From the human T2T-CHM13v2.0 reference genome, Homo sapiens: 64,000 bases of DNA. The stretch is taken from NCBI RefSeq assembly GCF_009914755.1, contig NC_060928.1; one strand, written 5' to 3'. Below, piece after piece: positions 27,779 through 44,092 of the stretch. Every line of letters starts with the position of its first letter. Position 1 is the stretch's first letter. Both the position numbers and the translations under genes were made by a program. A model generated the notes under the pieces. That model was not told the DNA's origin, did not search any database, and saw only the letters and a list, made by a program, of their open reading frames with translations.

Positions 27779-28540
27779 CTAGCCCTAAACTTTGACCTGG
27801 GTACCTTAAGCCCATACAAAGGTGTTTTCTGAAGCCACAGCTGTGGGGGTTGGGAGAACCATCAGGCCAGACATCCAAAATTTAACAATTCTTATTTCTT
27901 TTACTTCTTTCTGTTTTGGGTGCTTTCTGGTGTTTTAAAAATTTATCCAAGTTTTAAAATTGTTACCTATGGGAGGGTTCTTGTAACACTTAGAAAATCT
28001 ACCATTATTGGAAATCTATAATCAACTTTTTACAGATTGGAAATAAGGCTTAGAAAGTTACATAGCTAATAAGTCCCAGAGTGAGAATTTTCAATAATTA
28101 TATCTATCTAAAACTAAAGCCTGACTTTTCCTTGACATCCTTCTGAAATTTCTCTATTACATATTAAAAAGAACCAGAGTCTATTGTGTCAATAAATACT
28201 TTAGTAAATAACATAAAAGTAGTATTAAATGCTTGTTTTCCACCTGCAAATAACCAGTTAACTGAAACTTGATCTTGTATCAATTTGCGTTTCAGTAATG
28301 ATGTGCTTAGGTGTGATTATGACGTTCTATTGAATTAGGCTATAGAGAATGGAAATAAAAAATTCTTTATAAAGTTGTTTTCAATAATATAGTTTAGCTT
28401 CCTACTTTCATATTTTAAGGGTATTAAAATAATTAATTCATCTTCTGACAACCCTCTTTAACACCTAATCCAAAATAAATCAACAAAATAGAAAGAAAAC
28501 TAAGCAATAGGTACCCATTTGTCTTAGAAATAGAAAATAC

Positions 28541-28631
28541 CTTCTTTTTCATCTGTCCCTGCAGATCTTCAGTCACATTAGTTAACTCTTCCACTTTTGC
28601 TACAGCAACTCTCAGCTCTAATTTGGCTTGC
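28541..28631 (-). CDS. SCLT1: SCLT1 exon ~10 (91 nt): (R)QAKLELRVAVAKVEELTNVTEDLQGQMKKK
   Basis: Acceptor tttttag|GCAAGC, donor AAGAAG|gtattt; phase matches neighbours. Confidence 0.95.
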
Positions 28632-29890
28632 CTAAAAAATAAAGTAAATTAATAAACACTGTTTTCATAGACCACTAAGAATAAAAAATTAGAATAGAAA
28701 TCTGAATTTGGTAAAATCAGTTCTAACTCTTGTTTATCTAAAATGGATCCATGGAATAAATTTTGGAAGATTCCTTTATTACTAATGAAGTGCATGTAGA
28801 AGATATTAAAGAGGAAAAAATATAGCTGAATGGCGAAGGGTATGAAGTAGAGGTCATGAATGCTGTACTTGGGTAAATTATATTATATACCAAAGTGATT
28901 CAATAAGTTTCTTGAAAAAGCACTTTATCATCTTGATACATTACCTAACAAGAGCTCCAGTGCACTAAGAAGAATATACTTATGTCTATAATATCTTTAT
29001 AGATGGAGATGGAAATATACTGCTGATTGGACTTTCTATGAAAATGAACTTAAACTTCAATACCTTGATCATTCCATAGACACCAGAAGTTTGTATTATG
29101 TAAACACAACATAAATTAAAACATTTGTTCCACCATAATACAATGTTTATTTTCTTCAGAGACTGTATTGGCAACAAATGAAAAAGATAAATTTTTTTGA
29201 ACATTCTAACAGAATTAAATAAGTTTCAATATCTTCTTAACTCCTCATAGGAAATGATTTTAGAACAATAATATGACTTTCTTAAACAGAAAAAATGATT
29301 TTTAATATCATCATAATTAAGCATTAAGTGAGTATAAAACCCTTTGATTATCTAAAGAACATACATTTTCAAGAAAAAAATACTGTAGTGTAGGAACTGT
29401 TCCCTATTTCTTAATTACATTTTATGTATGTATCTAAATGTAAATCATATTTGTGCTATAGAACTTACAGAAATTATTTGATGCAAAATTCACAAGTAAA
29501 TGTTAGTTCATTTCCTTTTGACTCTTTGTCTTTAAAACTGCATTACTTATATAGTTATAAATTTCCTACAATAGAAAATACAAATCTAATAATAGCTGAT
29601 AATATCTCAGGTAGTTATTAGTGCCAGGGACTGTTGTAAATGCTTTGCAGTCATCTCACTTGACACTCGATAATAACTGTGAATTAATACTACTATTATA
29701 TCAAACTGAAGTAGAGGAGAGCAAGGTTGATAGAGGTTTACTAATATGCCCTAGGATTCACAATACGTAATAAAACTAGTATTTAATGAGTCCCCTATGA
29801 CAGACTGCCTACCCTCACATGGTCCTAATAATATTTTATATGATGAGGCATTTAAGAAAATGTTTTGCTTTAAATTAACCAAGATTATAA

Positions 29891-30322
<432 letters not shown>

Positions 30323-31564
30323 CTAAATCAACAAATGATTCTACCAGTTATAAAATCCTATATATTTTTAAAGGAAAAACTTAAGGAATAATATATTTAA
30401 GTAGTAAGGATAAAACTGAGAAAACTCTGAAAAAGCATAGCAACCACACTGATTTGGTTTTCTTACCTTCAGAAAGGATAAAATAATTGCTTGTTCTACT
30501 TGTTTCATGGGATTGCTGAACAAGTAAAAATAGATAATGTATATTAGAGTGTCCTGTAAACTGTAAGCAAGATAAGGTCATAGCATGATCAAGGAAAAAA
30601 AAAAAAAAAACCTGTTGGAGACACAGGAAGCAAGGTACAATGTGGAGAACACTACAGGCAGGGACCCAATTCTGTCACTAACTAGTAATATGTCTTAATA
30701 CAATTCACTTGACCATGCTGCACGTCTCAAAGACCTCATGTCCAAAAACAGAGGTGGATTAGGCAATTTGCCAAGACCAAAATTCTAGAATTAGATTCTT
30801 TCCTTATTTCAATCTAATTGGCCTGAGTCTATTTCTAAGTTGTCTTTCAATTGTGTATTCCTTTTTCATTCTTTGGCCCAACCTTTAGCTTCATTATCAC
30901 TCATAAGACTATTCCAGTAGATTCCAAACTCATCTCTTCACTGATGGTCTCCTCTTTTGTTCATTCTTTATAATGTATCTTATCTGTTAAAAAAATTATC
31001 TAGTAATAAAAACTCCTATTTAACAATGATTCCTGGATTCCACACTTTTTGGCATAAAGTCTACACTCCTCTACATATAAGTCTACACTCCTCTACTGGC
31101 ATATAAGGCCAGTCAACATCTAGCCTCAAAGAGTCTCATCTCTTGCCAATTACCCCCATGTAATTTATATTCCAAGTATAATAAAGTACTCACTCGCTGT
31201 TTTCTAAACACATCCTTGTTTCTTTTTTCACAAGTTTGGCTGGACTAGTCTTCTTTTTCTAACCAATTCCTTAATTTTGACCTAGATCAAAAATCTCCCC
31301 ATCTTCAAGTCTTCACTAACTTCTCCTTGGCAAAAACCCTATATCTCAATACTTATAATATATAATACTTTATACATTATTAATTGAACACACTGTATTG
31401 TAATCAATACTATAGAGATTCTCCTTTGTGGAACTGTGAGTTCATAAAAAATATACAATGTAAGATAATTAAAAGCAAGGATCACATCTTATTAATTTTT
31501 AAACCTTCAGGAGATAGCATAGTACCTGGGGCATAGGAGACAAGTAAATCAATCATAAATGAAT

Positions 31565-31705
31565 GAGAGGGCAAAAGGAAAAGGTGGGGGGAGGGAGAGG
31601 GGAGGGGAAGGAGTAGTGGGAGGGAGGAGAGGGAGAGGGAGGGAGAGAGGGAGAGGGAAAGAGAGGGAGAGAGAAAGAGAGGGAGAGAGAGAAAGAGAGA
31701 GAGAA
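31565..31705. repeat. GA-rich low-complexity purine tract
   Basis: Near-pure G/A run (gggagagagggagaggg…); source of ORFs 31482..31718 and 31553..31768. Confidence 0.9.
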
Positions 31706-33193
31706 TGTTACAGTACAACTATATCTTGATATTTTACCTAGATCTTGCACACCCAATTTAATATTCATGTGTGAAAAATTCTAGAAAAATAATTTTATGA
31801 ACAATTATTCCAAATATATATTATCTCATATTCCTTTGAAATGAAATCTCCTGCTACATAAGTAAAAAGAAAAAAAATAGGCACTGGACTTAGACCTAAT
31901 TTGGAAGTCATTATAAAAAAAATTCTGAAAACATTCATATTATATTATGTTCACTAAACCACAAATACTATTTTTTTGGGGGGAAATAAGTAGTGGTTTT
32001 AAATATATTTGTTTATTCCCACACTGTTCCATAGAACAGTTAGAAAGTAAGTAAATAGTTCTTTATATCTACTTTTGGCAGGAAGTGTTGAAAAAAAATC
32101 TAAAATAAAAGGCAGAAGGCCTGTCTTCTAGAACTGACTCTACCAACACAAAAGGTATGTGAACTGGGCCAATCACTTAACCTCTCTGAGTCTTAGTATC
32201 TATAAAATGGAGATAAAAATAATTTTCCCATATAGCTCACAGAATTATAAAGTTCAAATAAGTTAATACATATTAAAGCATTTAATAAATTTTACTGTAG
32301 TTTATACAATGCAGCTACCATCATCATTTTGCCTTTTATTAGATTAAATTGTCAGGAACTGTGTAGTAAAGTATTAATTTACAGCTGGACTGGGAAAGCT
32401 CTGGGGATGCCTGAATATCTAGCCTTGACTCTTAGCCAGTATACGAACAGTGGGATTTATGATGTGCTGTTTAAAGTATGAATCTCTTCCTGCAGCCTGC
32501 AAGTTGATTTGTTTACTGATAATTTTCACCAGGCATAACTAGATAGCCAGGCTAGGCTATGTGATCAGTGTGCCAGAAAAAATGACCCTGATGGGAACTC
32601 CTGCCTGGAGCTCTCCTGAAGCCAAGATTCATTGCACAGATCTTGGTGGCTCAATGTGGAGACAAAGCATGTCTGTATATAAATAAAGGCCCTAGGGTGC
32701 CTATCCTGAATGTGTTCTGGACGCTAGATGCTTGCCTATGTTCTTTTTCTGGCTGCACAATATCCTTTGGCCTTTAAATAAAAGCCTTCTGTAAGTATGC
32801 TCTGTGCAGTCTTGTGAGTTCTTTTAAATATTCAAGCTTTTAAAATTTTTGAAGGAACTAACAAAAATAATTCTAATATTATTTTATGAAGAAACTCAAT
32901 AATTATGTTTATACTATTTACATGCAAATGTTTTAGATATATGTCTGCCTGTGTATGTAATTTTATAAAAGTCAAGAACAGTTTAACAAAAAAATTTTGA
33001 TTTAAAAAAACACAACTAGTTAACTATTAACAATCTTGATGTCATAACTACCAAAGGATTTTATTTTTGCTTCAAATTAATATTCTAAAAAGTACATTAC
33101 TTTATTTTCAGGTATGCTTGTTAATCCACTTTATATTCCTGGGATTTTTCATTAATGTATTACTTCATTTCTTATGATATTAAACAGATTTGA

Positions 33194-33550
<357 letters not shown>

Positions 33551-34859
33551 TAAGCAAAATTTAATCAAGTATAACATAAAGGATAGGATATAATACTAGA
33601 TTTAAATTATACCATCAATTTGGACAGAAATTAAAATGCTTTAATTATCAATACACTTTTTTGAGACTTAACATCAAGTACAATGAGTCTATTTTAAGAC
33701 AAATTTTTATGTTTCTTCCTGCACTGTCATACAAAGAGAATCCTAGAAATGTTTATGCCTTTTTTGCATACAGTGAAAAATGGTAAGATTCTCAGATATA
33801 AAAGCTAGTTTTTGCTGATTTGATATTCTTAATTTTTTCCTCTTTAAAATAAAAAAATGCACACGTTAGGTAATTTAATAAGGACTTTTGTAATTACCCA
33901 GTATAATAAAGCCAATCATTTACACTTAAAAACTTTAGAAAATCCTGAAACATAATTTTAGACAAAGTTCTAAACTTTTAAAATCACTACTGCTTTTAGG
34001 AAACTGAGTAAGTACCAAAACTGGATAAAGTTTTATTTCAAATTTTTTCCTCTTCCCAATCTTTACTGGCAGTCTAATAATGAAACCTATTCAAGACAGA
34101 AGGGTTCCAAAGAAATTCTAAAAGCAGTGGATATTATAATCCATACGCTGAGCTATCAAAACTTTCCAAAACAGTGGCTCTTCAGTTTTTAAATACGTTA
34201 TTTGTATATTATTTATACACACTTGAAGTTAATTCAAAATTATACATAGTTTCAGGTAATTCAAAATTCTAATTTCTATGTTAGATACAATATTCTATGA
34301 TACTAGTAGTAGTGTCCATACTTTGTGTGTACGAAAGTGAGCTTTTTGCAACTAATATGGATAGGCTTTTTCACATCATATATGGATAGGCTCAATCTGA
34401 GACTTACTCATTCAGGACGTCTGCAAGCAGTACTTGGTCATCTCTGTTTTTCAGAGTCTCTACAGGGGATTCTGATGTATATTCACTGTCTTAAATTTTA
34501 CAAAATACCTACAAGATTGACAATTTACTCTTTTGTAAACGATGATTACAAGTCTAGTCTTAGAGTCATGTAACTTTGGGTAACACTGACAAGGTGCAGA
34601 AAATATTAATTCATAATCTATTATTGATCAGACTATTCAAATCTCTTATGCAACAGACATGCTTAAAACATGTTTACTTCATGCCTGCAATGTTTGAGGT
34701 GCTGCAATAATGTGGTACAAAACACACAAAGGATTTTTCTCCTTCATAGATGATCATATCTACCTTACCCAATTTAAACTTTCAGCTCAATGTAATTATA
34801 GCGCTATAGTAATCTTGAGGAGGGCCACAAAGCAAGCATATGTTAAGCAACAAAAAAAT

Positions 34860-36275
34860 TAAAATAAAACATTATGATTCTGAGTATGCAGCACATTTAC
34901 ATTTAGCTGGGAGAATATTGAAGTGAGAGGTATTTAAAGCAAGAATTGGCAGAGGAATTATATATCTCACAAGAAGAGACAGAGAAAGCTTTAGGAAGAA
35001 ACAAGATAAGCACAAGCATAAAGGTAGGTAAGTGTAGGGCTTATTTAGGGAAGATGAGAAATAAGACTGTAAAGGCCATGGGGACTACAATGTCAATGAC
35101 CTTAATTGACAGTTAAGTTATCTGTATCAATTTAAAGGCAAATGGGAAACTGTACCAATAATGGTATCGGAGCTCAGAGCTGCACTTTAGAAATTTAAAC
35201 CTGACATTTGTGAAAAAGAATAGACTAGAATGATAGTTCTGTCTCTCTCTGTAACCAATATGTTATAATAAATGAGCAAGAGGGAGGAAAAGTCTAAACC
35301 AGAGTGATGACAACAATTCTGAGAGAGATGGTGTAGATTTTACAAACAGAATTTAAGGGATTCTATGCATTCATTCTTTGAACAAATATTTATTGAATGC
35401 TTATAACATGCCCGACACTGTGAATATAATTTGGACATGTTGAGCCTTAAGTGCTGGTGGCTCATCAGTTTTTTGTTTGTTTTATCTCTATTTCAGGAGT
35501 CCTAGAGTTATTTTACTGAGCACCTACATGTACTATACCAAGTACTGTCTATTGAGCACCTACATGCACCATACGAAGCACTGTCTTCAGCACTGGTGAT
35601 GCAGTGGTAAACAAGGAAGACAAAGCCCCTGTCTCATAAAGTTCATATTGTAATGGAGGGAGACAGGCAACAAGTATTTCAATAAATCAGGTAATTAAAG
35701 AAAGTGACAATGTTACAAAGAAGATGATACAGGGAAATAGGAAAGACATGGGTCATCAGGCACATCTATGGTAGAAATATCTGAGCTACGACCTAAAGGA
35801 TGATGAGGCAAACTGAAGAAAACTTAGGGTAGGAGAATTACAGGTGAAGATAATTAAGAATAAATGAAAGAATATGAGAAAGACAAAGAAATGACAATTA
35901 AGACGGAACGTATCACAGAGAAAAAAGTGTAAGATAAAGTCAGAGAGGAAGGTAGAGGTCAGATCACATAAGGGCCTTCTGGATATACTAGGAATTTTGG
36001 AATGTGTTCCAATTGCAATGAAAATCCACTGGAGGGTCTGAAGCAGGTAAATGATGTGATATATTGTGTGGAGAATGAATTGCGATGGAATAAGAGTGAA
36101 AGCAGGTAGACCAGAGAAAAGGGTACTGCAAACAAGAGATGGTGGGGTAGAGGTGATATGGATGATGACTAGATTTGTGATCATCTGTACATAGAGCCAA
36201 CACGAGCAGATGTAGAGATGAAGCAAAGGAGAGCAAGCAAGCAAAAATTCTGAGGTTTGATGATGGCATTAGCTA
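34860..36275. mobile_element. L2 fragments
   Basis: cattcattc…aacaaatatttattgaatgc, tattgagcacctac, gatcacataagggcctt…ccactggagggt…aagcagg motifs; boundaries approximate. Confidence 0.65.
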
Positions 36276-37412
36276 GTAAGATAGAGAGACCCTCTACTCC
36301 TTCAATCATAGCCATTCTACTTTTATAAGTTTAAATTCTGAGGTTCCATGTATAAGATTTCTTTTTTTAAAAAAGGAGTTTACTGTCAAAAAATAAAAAG
36401 TTTGAAAACCACTGACCTAGCAATTCAATTATGGAACTCAACAAAGCAATCAAGGTCAGAGGTGTATACTTGGAAAACATTAGGGCTGAAAGTTTAAATT
36501 GGGTAGGGTAGATATGATCATCTATGAAGGAGAAAAACTGAGTCACATGGTTAGAAATCTAAGAAATGTATACTTTTCATAGGTAGGATAAGGAAATGGG
36601 GGAAGCAAAAGAAGCAAAAAACAAAACAAAACAAAACAAAAAAACAAGCAACAAAAGTCAGAGAAGAAATCATGGCATAAACACAAAAGTCCTGGTAGAG
36701 AAATGTTTAAGAAAGGTAGAAAAAATCATCAGTTAAGGAAAATCAACAACCAAGGAGAATGAGGGAGGCATTTTTAAGTCATAAAAGGTACCAGTAATTC
36801 TTGAGGAGAAGAATAGATGGAGGGGGGCTGAATCCAAACTGAAGAAAATTCCAAAGAGTGACTATAATAAATACAGATTCTTCCAAGCAACATCAAAGAA
36901 TAGGAAGAAGAAAGTATCTGAGGAGTCATCAGGGAGGTCTATACATCTGAAGTCTTAAAAGAACCATGCAAAAGAGAAACTAAGATTTCAAAACAAAAAG
37001 AATATAACCGAAACATACAGGAGGGAATAGAAAGAATTTGGGATTGTACAGTTGGCAAGAAATGGGGGTACAATATAATAGAAAGAGGAGAAAGAAAGAA
37101 ATGGTTACTCTGGTCCTAGAAATTACAGCAGCAACAACAAAAGGCAGATTTCCCAGGTCTGGGAGGTAAATAATCCACTATTTATTACAATGTTAATAAC
37201 AACTCCCAAATCTATTAGCAGGTAATTTGTAAGTACTGTATATCCTACCTACAGAGGTTGGATACTAAAGTAGAAGGGAGGTGGGCAAAGACAGTAAGTT
37301 ATATTATATTGCAACACTGCAAGGAAGGTAATTTCATTTTCATTATAGCAATGAGGAAACTGAAGTCCATGCAGTTAAACAACCTACCCAAGTCAATCAC
37401 CAGTAAATGGCT

Positions 37413-37798
37413 GTTTTAGTCTGAGTATCTGTGTCCCTGCAAAATTCATATGTTGAAATCTCATATAAATACAACCTTCATATAACTCTCAATGTAATGA
37501 TATTACGAGGTGGGGCCTTTTGGGAGGTGATTAGGTCATGATAGCAGTGCCCTCGAAAATGGGATTAGTGCCCTCATAAGAGAGGCCCAAGGGAGGTTTG
37601 TTTGTCCCTTTTACTTCGTGAAGACAAAGAGAGAAGGTGTCATGTATAATCAGGAAACAGCCCCTCACCAAATCCCAAATCTGCCATTTTCTTAATTTTG
37701 AACTTCACGGCCTCCAGACTGTAATAAATACATTTCTGTTGTTTATGAGCTATTCAGTATGTGGCATTTTGTTATAGCAGCCCCAATGGATTAAGACA
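37413..37798 (+). mobile_element. MLT1A-like MaLR LTR
   Basis: gtgtccctgcaaaattcatatgttgaaatc…gaggtggggcctttt…ttgttatagcagcccc…taagaca. Confidence 0.85.
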
Positions 37799-39362
37799 AT
37801 GGCAGAGCCACAATAAAAAACTAGAGCTGACTTCAAAGCCTATGTTTTTTAAATTTCATACCACACAGAACCACATTTTTAAAGACAGGTGTACAAATGT
37901 AGCGTATCTGCAAAAGAAAGTTATAAACATCAATTAAAATATATTTTGAAAGAAAACAGTCATCTACTCTTAGAGGCAAAAGTTCTGAACAATGATGTTA
38001 TGTATTTGTTTTATTCTTGCCAGACCCCCAAACAAGAAATGTTAATACTAATTAACTGTGGCTAAGGTTCCACTCTTGACCAGTGTGTTCTAGAAGTCTA
38101 ATAATCTTCTTACTGTCTCTTAAAGATTGAGAGAAAAAGATATATAAACATTATTGAATAAAGGTGACAGTAATCCCTTTAAATAACATTAAAGTAAAAC
38201 AGTGTGAAGAAATAGAAAACTGACAGCAAAGCCCTATTTCTTATCTTAAAACCTGTTTTCCATGCTCAGAAAACTAGCTGCCAACACATAAGGAACTGTC
38301 TGGCAATTCTATGACTAAGCACATCTGCTCAGGGCCATTTCTCACATGGGATTGTTTCCAAGACACACTATGAATCAAAACTAGTGATCCATGAATTCCA
38401 GATTTCCATAGCATTTTTATAATAGAAGACACAATATTATTTAAATTAGAACATGAAACATCTGAGAAAAATCTGTTAGCTAAAATAAAACTATTACCTG
38501 GCAAAAGTACATGTCTTTTAAAAAATAAGATAGTATATAAAAATTATCAGCACACACATTTTTAAAGAAAAAATATGCATTTGTAAAAAAGATTAAAAAT
38601 GAACACAATGAACATATACAAACTGTGATTTATATAATTTACCTTTCCAGATTTAATATGATAGAGCAATACTAAGAATTGCATTCCTATCACATCAGCT
38701 CTAATGCTCTTCAATGAAACCACTTATATATAAGTAATTTTGCTAGCATATTTTAAAGATGTCCTGGATTTTATTTCATATTTAAATGTCGAGAGAGCAC
38801 TAAACATAAAAAATATTTAAGGCTCTAGCACCCAGTCAAACTTTGAGATTACTGGTAATAAAAACAGATTTAAAAGTCAATACAGCTTAAATGCTGGATC
38901 TATAATGAGAAACACTAAAAATCTTTTTAATTCATTGTGCAAAGCTTCTATTGATTATATTAAAATGATTTTTTTTTCCAGGTGTGTTGTTTTGGAAATC
39001 AAACTTCTAAGTGGTCACACATTTCTGTGTAGCTGAAGGAGATAAAATATAATTTTTTAAAATAATGACAGTTCAAGAAAATAATTGTGCCCTTAGAGGT
39101 CAAAGAGCAAAGGACACAAATAGAAAATCCACATGAATAAATTAGCCTTGTCTCTCCAATAAAGTGTAATTTAATTATTTAATTAACTGACTCACTCACT
39201 CAAAAAGTATTTTTTTGAGCACCTGCCATATGTCTAGTACTGTGCTAGATGATGGCAAGATAAACATCACCAGATCATAATCCACACCTTCCAGGGGCTC
39301 AAAGACTAGTGTAGAGAGATGGATTTGTAAACACTTAATAAAGTGTTAAAAATGCTGTGACA

Positions 39363-39947
39363 TGGTAAGATATCAGATCTAACCAACTGCATCTTGCTTC
39401 TAACCTCCAAACTCTCTTTGTCCATTCCTGGGCATAGGCTGAACTAGCCTTGGGAAGGAATTTAGTTTATAGTTTAAATAGCCCTTCCCAAAAGCTAGAC
39501 TGTTATTGTAAAATGAATGAAAGGCCACTAGCCACCAAGTTAGGATAAGAGGGGCTGGAATTCTAAATATTACCAGCCATTTAGTCTGGAGGTCGTAAGA
39601 TTTGCAACTTCCCCAATTACTCTTGAAGATAACATTACTAGTGTGAACCTAAAATTGTCCTTTTAAGATGTCTTTCCAGGTTTTTGCATTTCTGACAGCC
39701 GGATGGCCCCACCTGGACCTGCCAACCGTTTCTGTGGCCCCTACCCAGGAACTGACTCAGCATTAAGAGGACAGCTTCGAGTCCCTACAATTTCATCCTC
39801 GAGCCAACCAATCAGCACTCCTGACTCACTGGCCCCTTACCCGCCAAATTATCCTTAAAAACTCTGATCCCTGAGTTTTTGGGGAGACTGATTTGAATAA
39901 TAATAAAACTCTGCTCTCCCACAAAAAAAAAAAAGAAAAAAAAAGAA
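39363..39947 (+). mobile_element. LTR8-like ERV1 LTR, ending at polyA site with A tail and TSD
   Basis: catcttgcttctaacctccaa…ttcctgggcataggctgaacta…aggaactgactcagc…aaattatccttaaaaactctgatcc; AATAAA 39902-39907, then A tail from 39923. Confidence 0.85.
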
Positions 39948-40680
39948 AAAAATGTTGTGACAGATGTATGTGCAGTCTACAGTCGAGGCACACAGGAAGA
40001 AGGCATGTTTGGTACTACAGGAGACTCAAGCTGAGTAATCTGTCAAACTGAATAATTTGGATTATATCCTATAGGCATTTAGTAGCCATTGAAGGAGAGT
40101 GACATGATCGGACATATTTTAGAAAGATCACTTTGATAACAGTATGAGAAAGGAAGATGGGTACAGTAAGCTAATTTAGAGGTTACTACTGCAGCTCAGA
40201 TGAGAAAGTGATGAAGTGAAAGATCAGAGAGACATTTATAAGGTAGAGTTGGGACAGAAAAGAATTTATGATGTCTCCTAGTTTTCTGAATCAGGAATTG
40301 GATGGTACAATTCACAAATATGGAGAAAAGATCTGAGAGATAATGATAAGCTTACTTTGGAGCCTGCTGCTTTTCAGGTGCCTCTGAGCCATGTGGGTAG
40401 AGATAACCAGGAGAACCCTGAGCTAGAAAAATTTAATGAGATCTCATCCTCACAGAAACTGTCGAAGCTACGAAAGTGTGCATGAGATGAAATGGGTCAA
40501 ATTAAAACAACTTTGAGGCTATCACATTATACATAAACTTATTATAAAGACTGTTTCTACCTTCAGAGCACAGATGTACATGTTTAAGTTCTCAATGAAT
40601 ATAAAATAAATTGATTGGACAAATTATAGGCTCCTTACATGAATATAATATCTATGTCTGTTAATGAGATAAGTCCTTAG

Positions 40681-40986
<306 letters not shown>

Positions 40987-41033
40987 AGCTAAAATTATTT
41001 TTAACAAATATTCTGATGATGCCACTCTGATGA

Positions 41034-41372
<339 letters not shown>

Positions 41373-43926
41373 ACTACTTAGTCTTTATAGTACATCCTTT
41401 TAAAAGATAACATTGGTTATTCCTAGAAAGATATAATAAATGACAATCTTTCCCTTCGAAGACTTTACAAGGCAGGCATAAAATCTGAGCACATGAGAGT
41501 TGGAAAATAATTATCATCATAACTCAGTTGGATATATATTATAAATAAATGTATAAGACAAAAAAAGCACCTCTGGAAAAACAGTATAAATCTCAGTTTA
41601 AATGAATAAATACTGAGTAGGTTCACAAGAATAAAAAAGTAAAAATCTGGTAGAATGAATGAGAGAAGTCTTTCTGGAGAAGGCAAGTTTTAGCTAGGTT
41701 TAGAAAATTATAAATTTTCTGAGAAACAGAATGATCTAAGGCAAAAAGGAAGTTACCAAAAGTTGTTCTGCGGGAAACAGCAATATGACTATTTTTCTGT
41801 ATAACTGGAGGTTTGAGGAGGATCAGGTGAATGAAGGTTCTTAAGAAAATAGGCTGAAAAGTTTTATCTACTATGACAAGGTATCACCAAAAACTCTCAA
41901 AATGAAATATGATTAAAGCTTTAATTATAAGTTCACATGATTTTAACTTTTTTGCACCACACTATCAGACAACAAATGAAACTAATATGTTTCAGTATAA
42001 GTACAAACTTAAACAACTCTAGTACTTAAGGAGTTTCTAATTTAGTTATTCTTGGCATGGCTATATAGAGCATCTCAAAACCTAAATTCTGGTAATGTCA
42101 ATATGCCCATCATTCAGAATCTGTCATACTTGAAAGCAACACTCTCTTCCGTAAAAGAAGCATCTGTTTATCCTTATGTTCCTTCAAATCTGTGGCAGGA
42201 AAAGCAAGTATAGTTTTATGTATACAACTCTGAACTGCTTAATGTTAAGCTATGGAATACTGTCAGTAAATATTATGGCAAAGTTGTTCATGGACAATTA
42301 AACACTTAAGACGTTTTAGGCTTTGGAAAACTGCAACTAGTTTTATCAATCTCTAAACTCAATTTATAATCCTTAGGCCCTAATGTCCACACTAAATGAA
42401 TCTTCCAGGCAGATGTCAAAAATCAAAGTATCTACTCATCATACTTTTTTCCCCTGCAATCAACTCTGCTACTTGACTTCCTCACTGCTGTGAATACTGT
42501 CAGAGAGCCAGGCTTAGAAGCTCACTAGATTAGCAGTTACAAGATGTGAGTTCTAATTTGGCTTTTCCATGAATTTGTTGTGCAACTCTGGACAAGACAA
42601 ATAGTTTCTAAGCCTTTGGTTCACTTTGAGTTTTCTATAAAATTAGGAAGTCAAACTAGATGAACATTAAGATACCTTCTAGCAATAAAATTTCATGATT
42701 CTTCCCCTGTCCTTTAGCTCAATATTACGAAGTTCTGCCCATTTTTCCTATATAGATTTTTTTATATGCATTTTTATTCTCTATTTCCATTACTATAATA
42801 TGATTGCAGGTCTTTATGAACCAGTTTCCTTACTCATCCTTCCAGGATCTCTACCTTCTAATTTATCCTACATATGCCAAAAATCTTATATCCTTTTTTT
42901 CCTCCCACTCTTTTCTTAACCTTGAATGTAAAGTTGAATTTTTACACTATTCATTCCATGACCTATTATCATTATCAGCTGTAAAAGATATTCTCATTTG
43001 TTTATTTTTGTTTTTTTGCTCATTCCCAATCCCTTTCTCATTCTCCTCCATTTCATAAGTTCATACTAAAATGTGATATATCCTCAGATATACACATTTA
43101 CTGGTAAAATATATATTGTTATTACAAGCATATGTTTTATGCTATAGATCCATATATTTTACTTTTTAAATATAAACACTGTTTTCTAGTTCTACCCATG
43201 TTGCTCTAACTACATCTTTACATGTAAATATGTGTTTCTAAATGATGCACAGTATTCCTTCCACAGGATGTAATTATCACATTTTACTGTTCATTCCCTT
43301 AGTGACAAATACCTAGGTTGCCTTCAATTCTCTACTTCCACAAATAGCCTCATTCCACAGAGACAATCATTAACTTGAAGTAAGGATATATCATTTCTGG
43401 GAATGGAACTTTATTCTCTTGTAATACACACACACATACACTACATATATATGTAACAGATATATAATTTTTACTACATATTTTGAATATATATTGATAT
43501 ATCCATATACATATATCGATGATCAATACACACTATTGTTTAAAAGATTTAAACTGTATCACACTGTAATTTTTTGGCCTCTTTATTACACTCCACATTT
43601 TTACATTGATTGCTGAGTGTGAAGTAGTATCATGTTTTTACTTGCATTTTCCTGATTGCTGTAACTTTTGAAATGCTTATTCATATCGTTTGCCTAATTT
43701 TCGATGAGTTAATTATTCTCATTGATACTTAATCAGTTAATGTGTCCTTAACACTAATCTGTTGTGTTACAATACACGCATTGTAAATGTCTTCTCACTG
43801 ACTATGAGTTGTCTTTTCATTTGACTTATATTGTTTTTGTAACAGAAGCCTAATATCTTAACATATACAAGTAAAGAAATCTTTTCCTTTTTGGCTTGTA
43901 TTTAAATCTTTTGTTTTTTTCATGAC

Positions 43927-44063
43927 AGGCTAATTTTAATTTTTGTAGAGATGGGGTTTCACCATGTTGGCCAGGCTGGTCTCGAACTCCTGACCTTAGG
44001 TGATCTGTCCGCCTCAGCCTCCCAAAGTGCTGGGATTACAGGCATAAGCCACTGTGCCCAGCC
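43927..44063 (-). mobile_element. Alu left-arm fragment (reverse)
   Basis: ggctaatttt…gtagagatggggtttcaccatgttggccagg…ccactgtgcccagcc. Confidence 0.85.
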
Positions 44064-44092
44064 TAAATCTCGATTAAGAAATATTTCTCTAA

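Noticed and set aside
31057-31096. 22-bp tandem duplication (similar ones near 19520, 35510 and 61725)
   Set aside because: Ordinary two-copy slippage duplications; no repeat-spacer structure, not CRISPR
35786-36269. 152-aa hydrophobic ORF
   Set aside because: Lies in an L2 relic; composition reflects purine/pyrimidine strand bias
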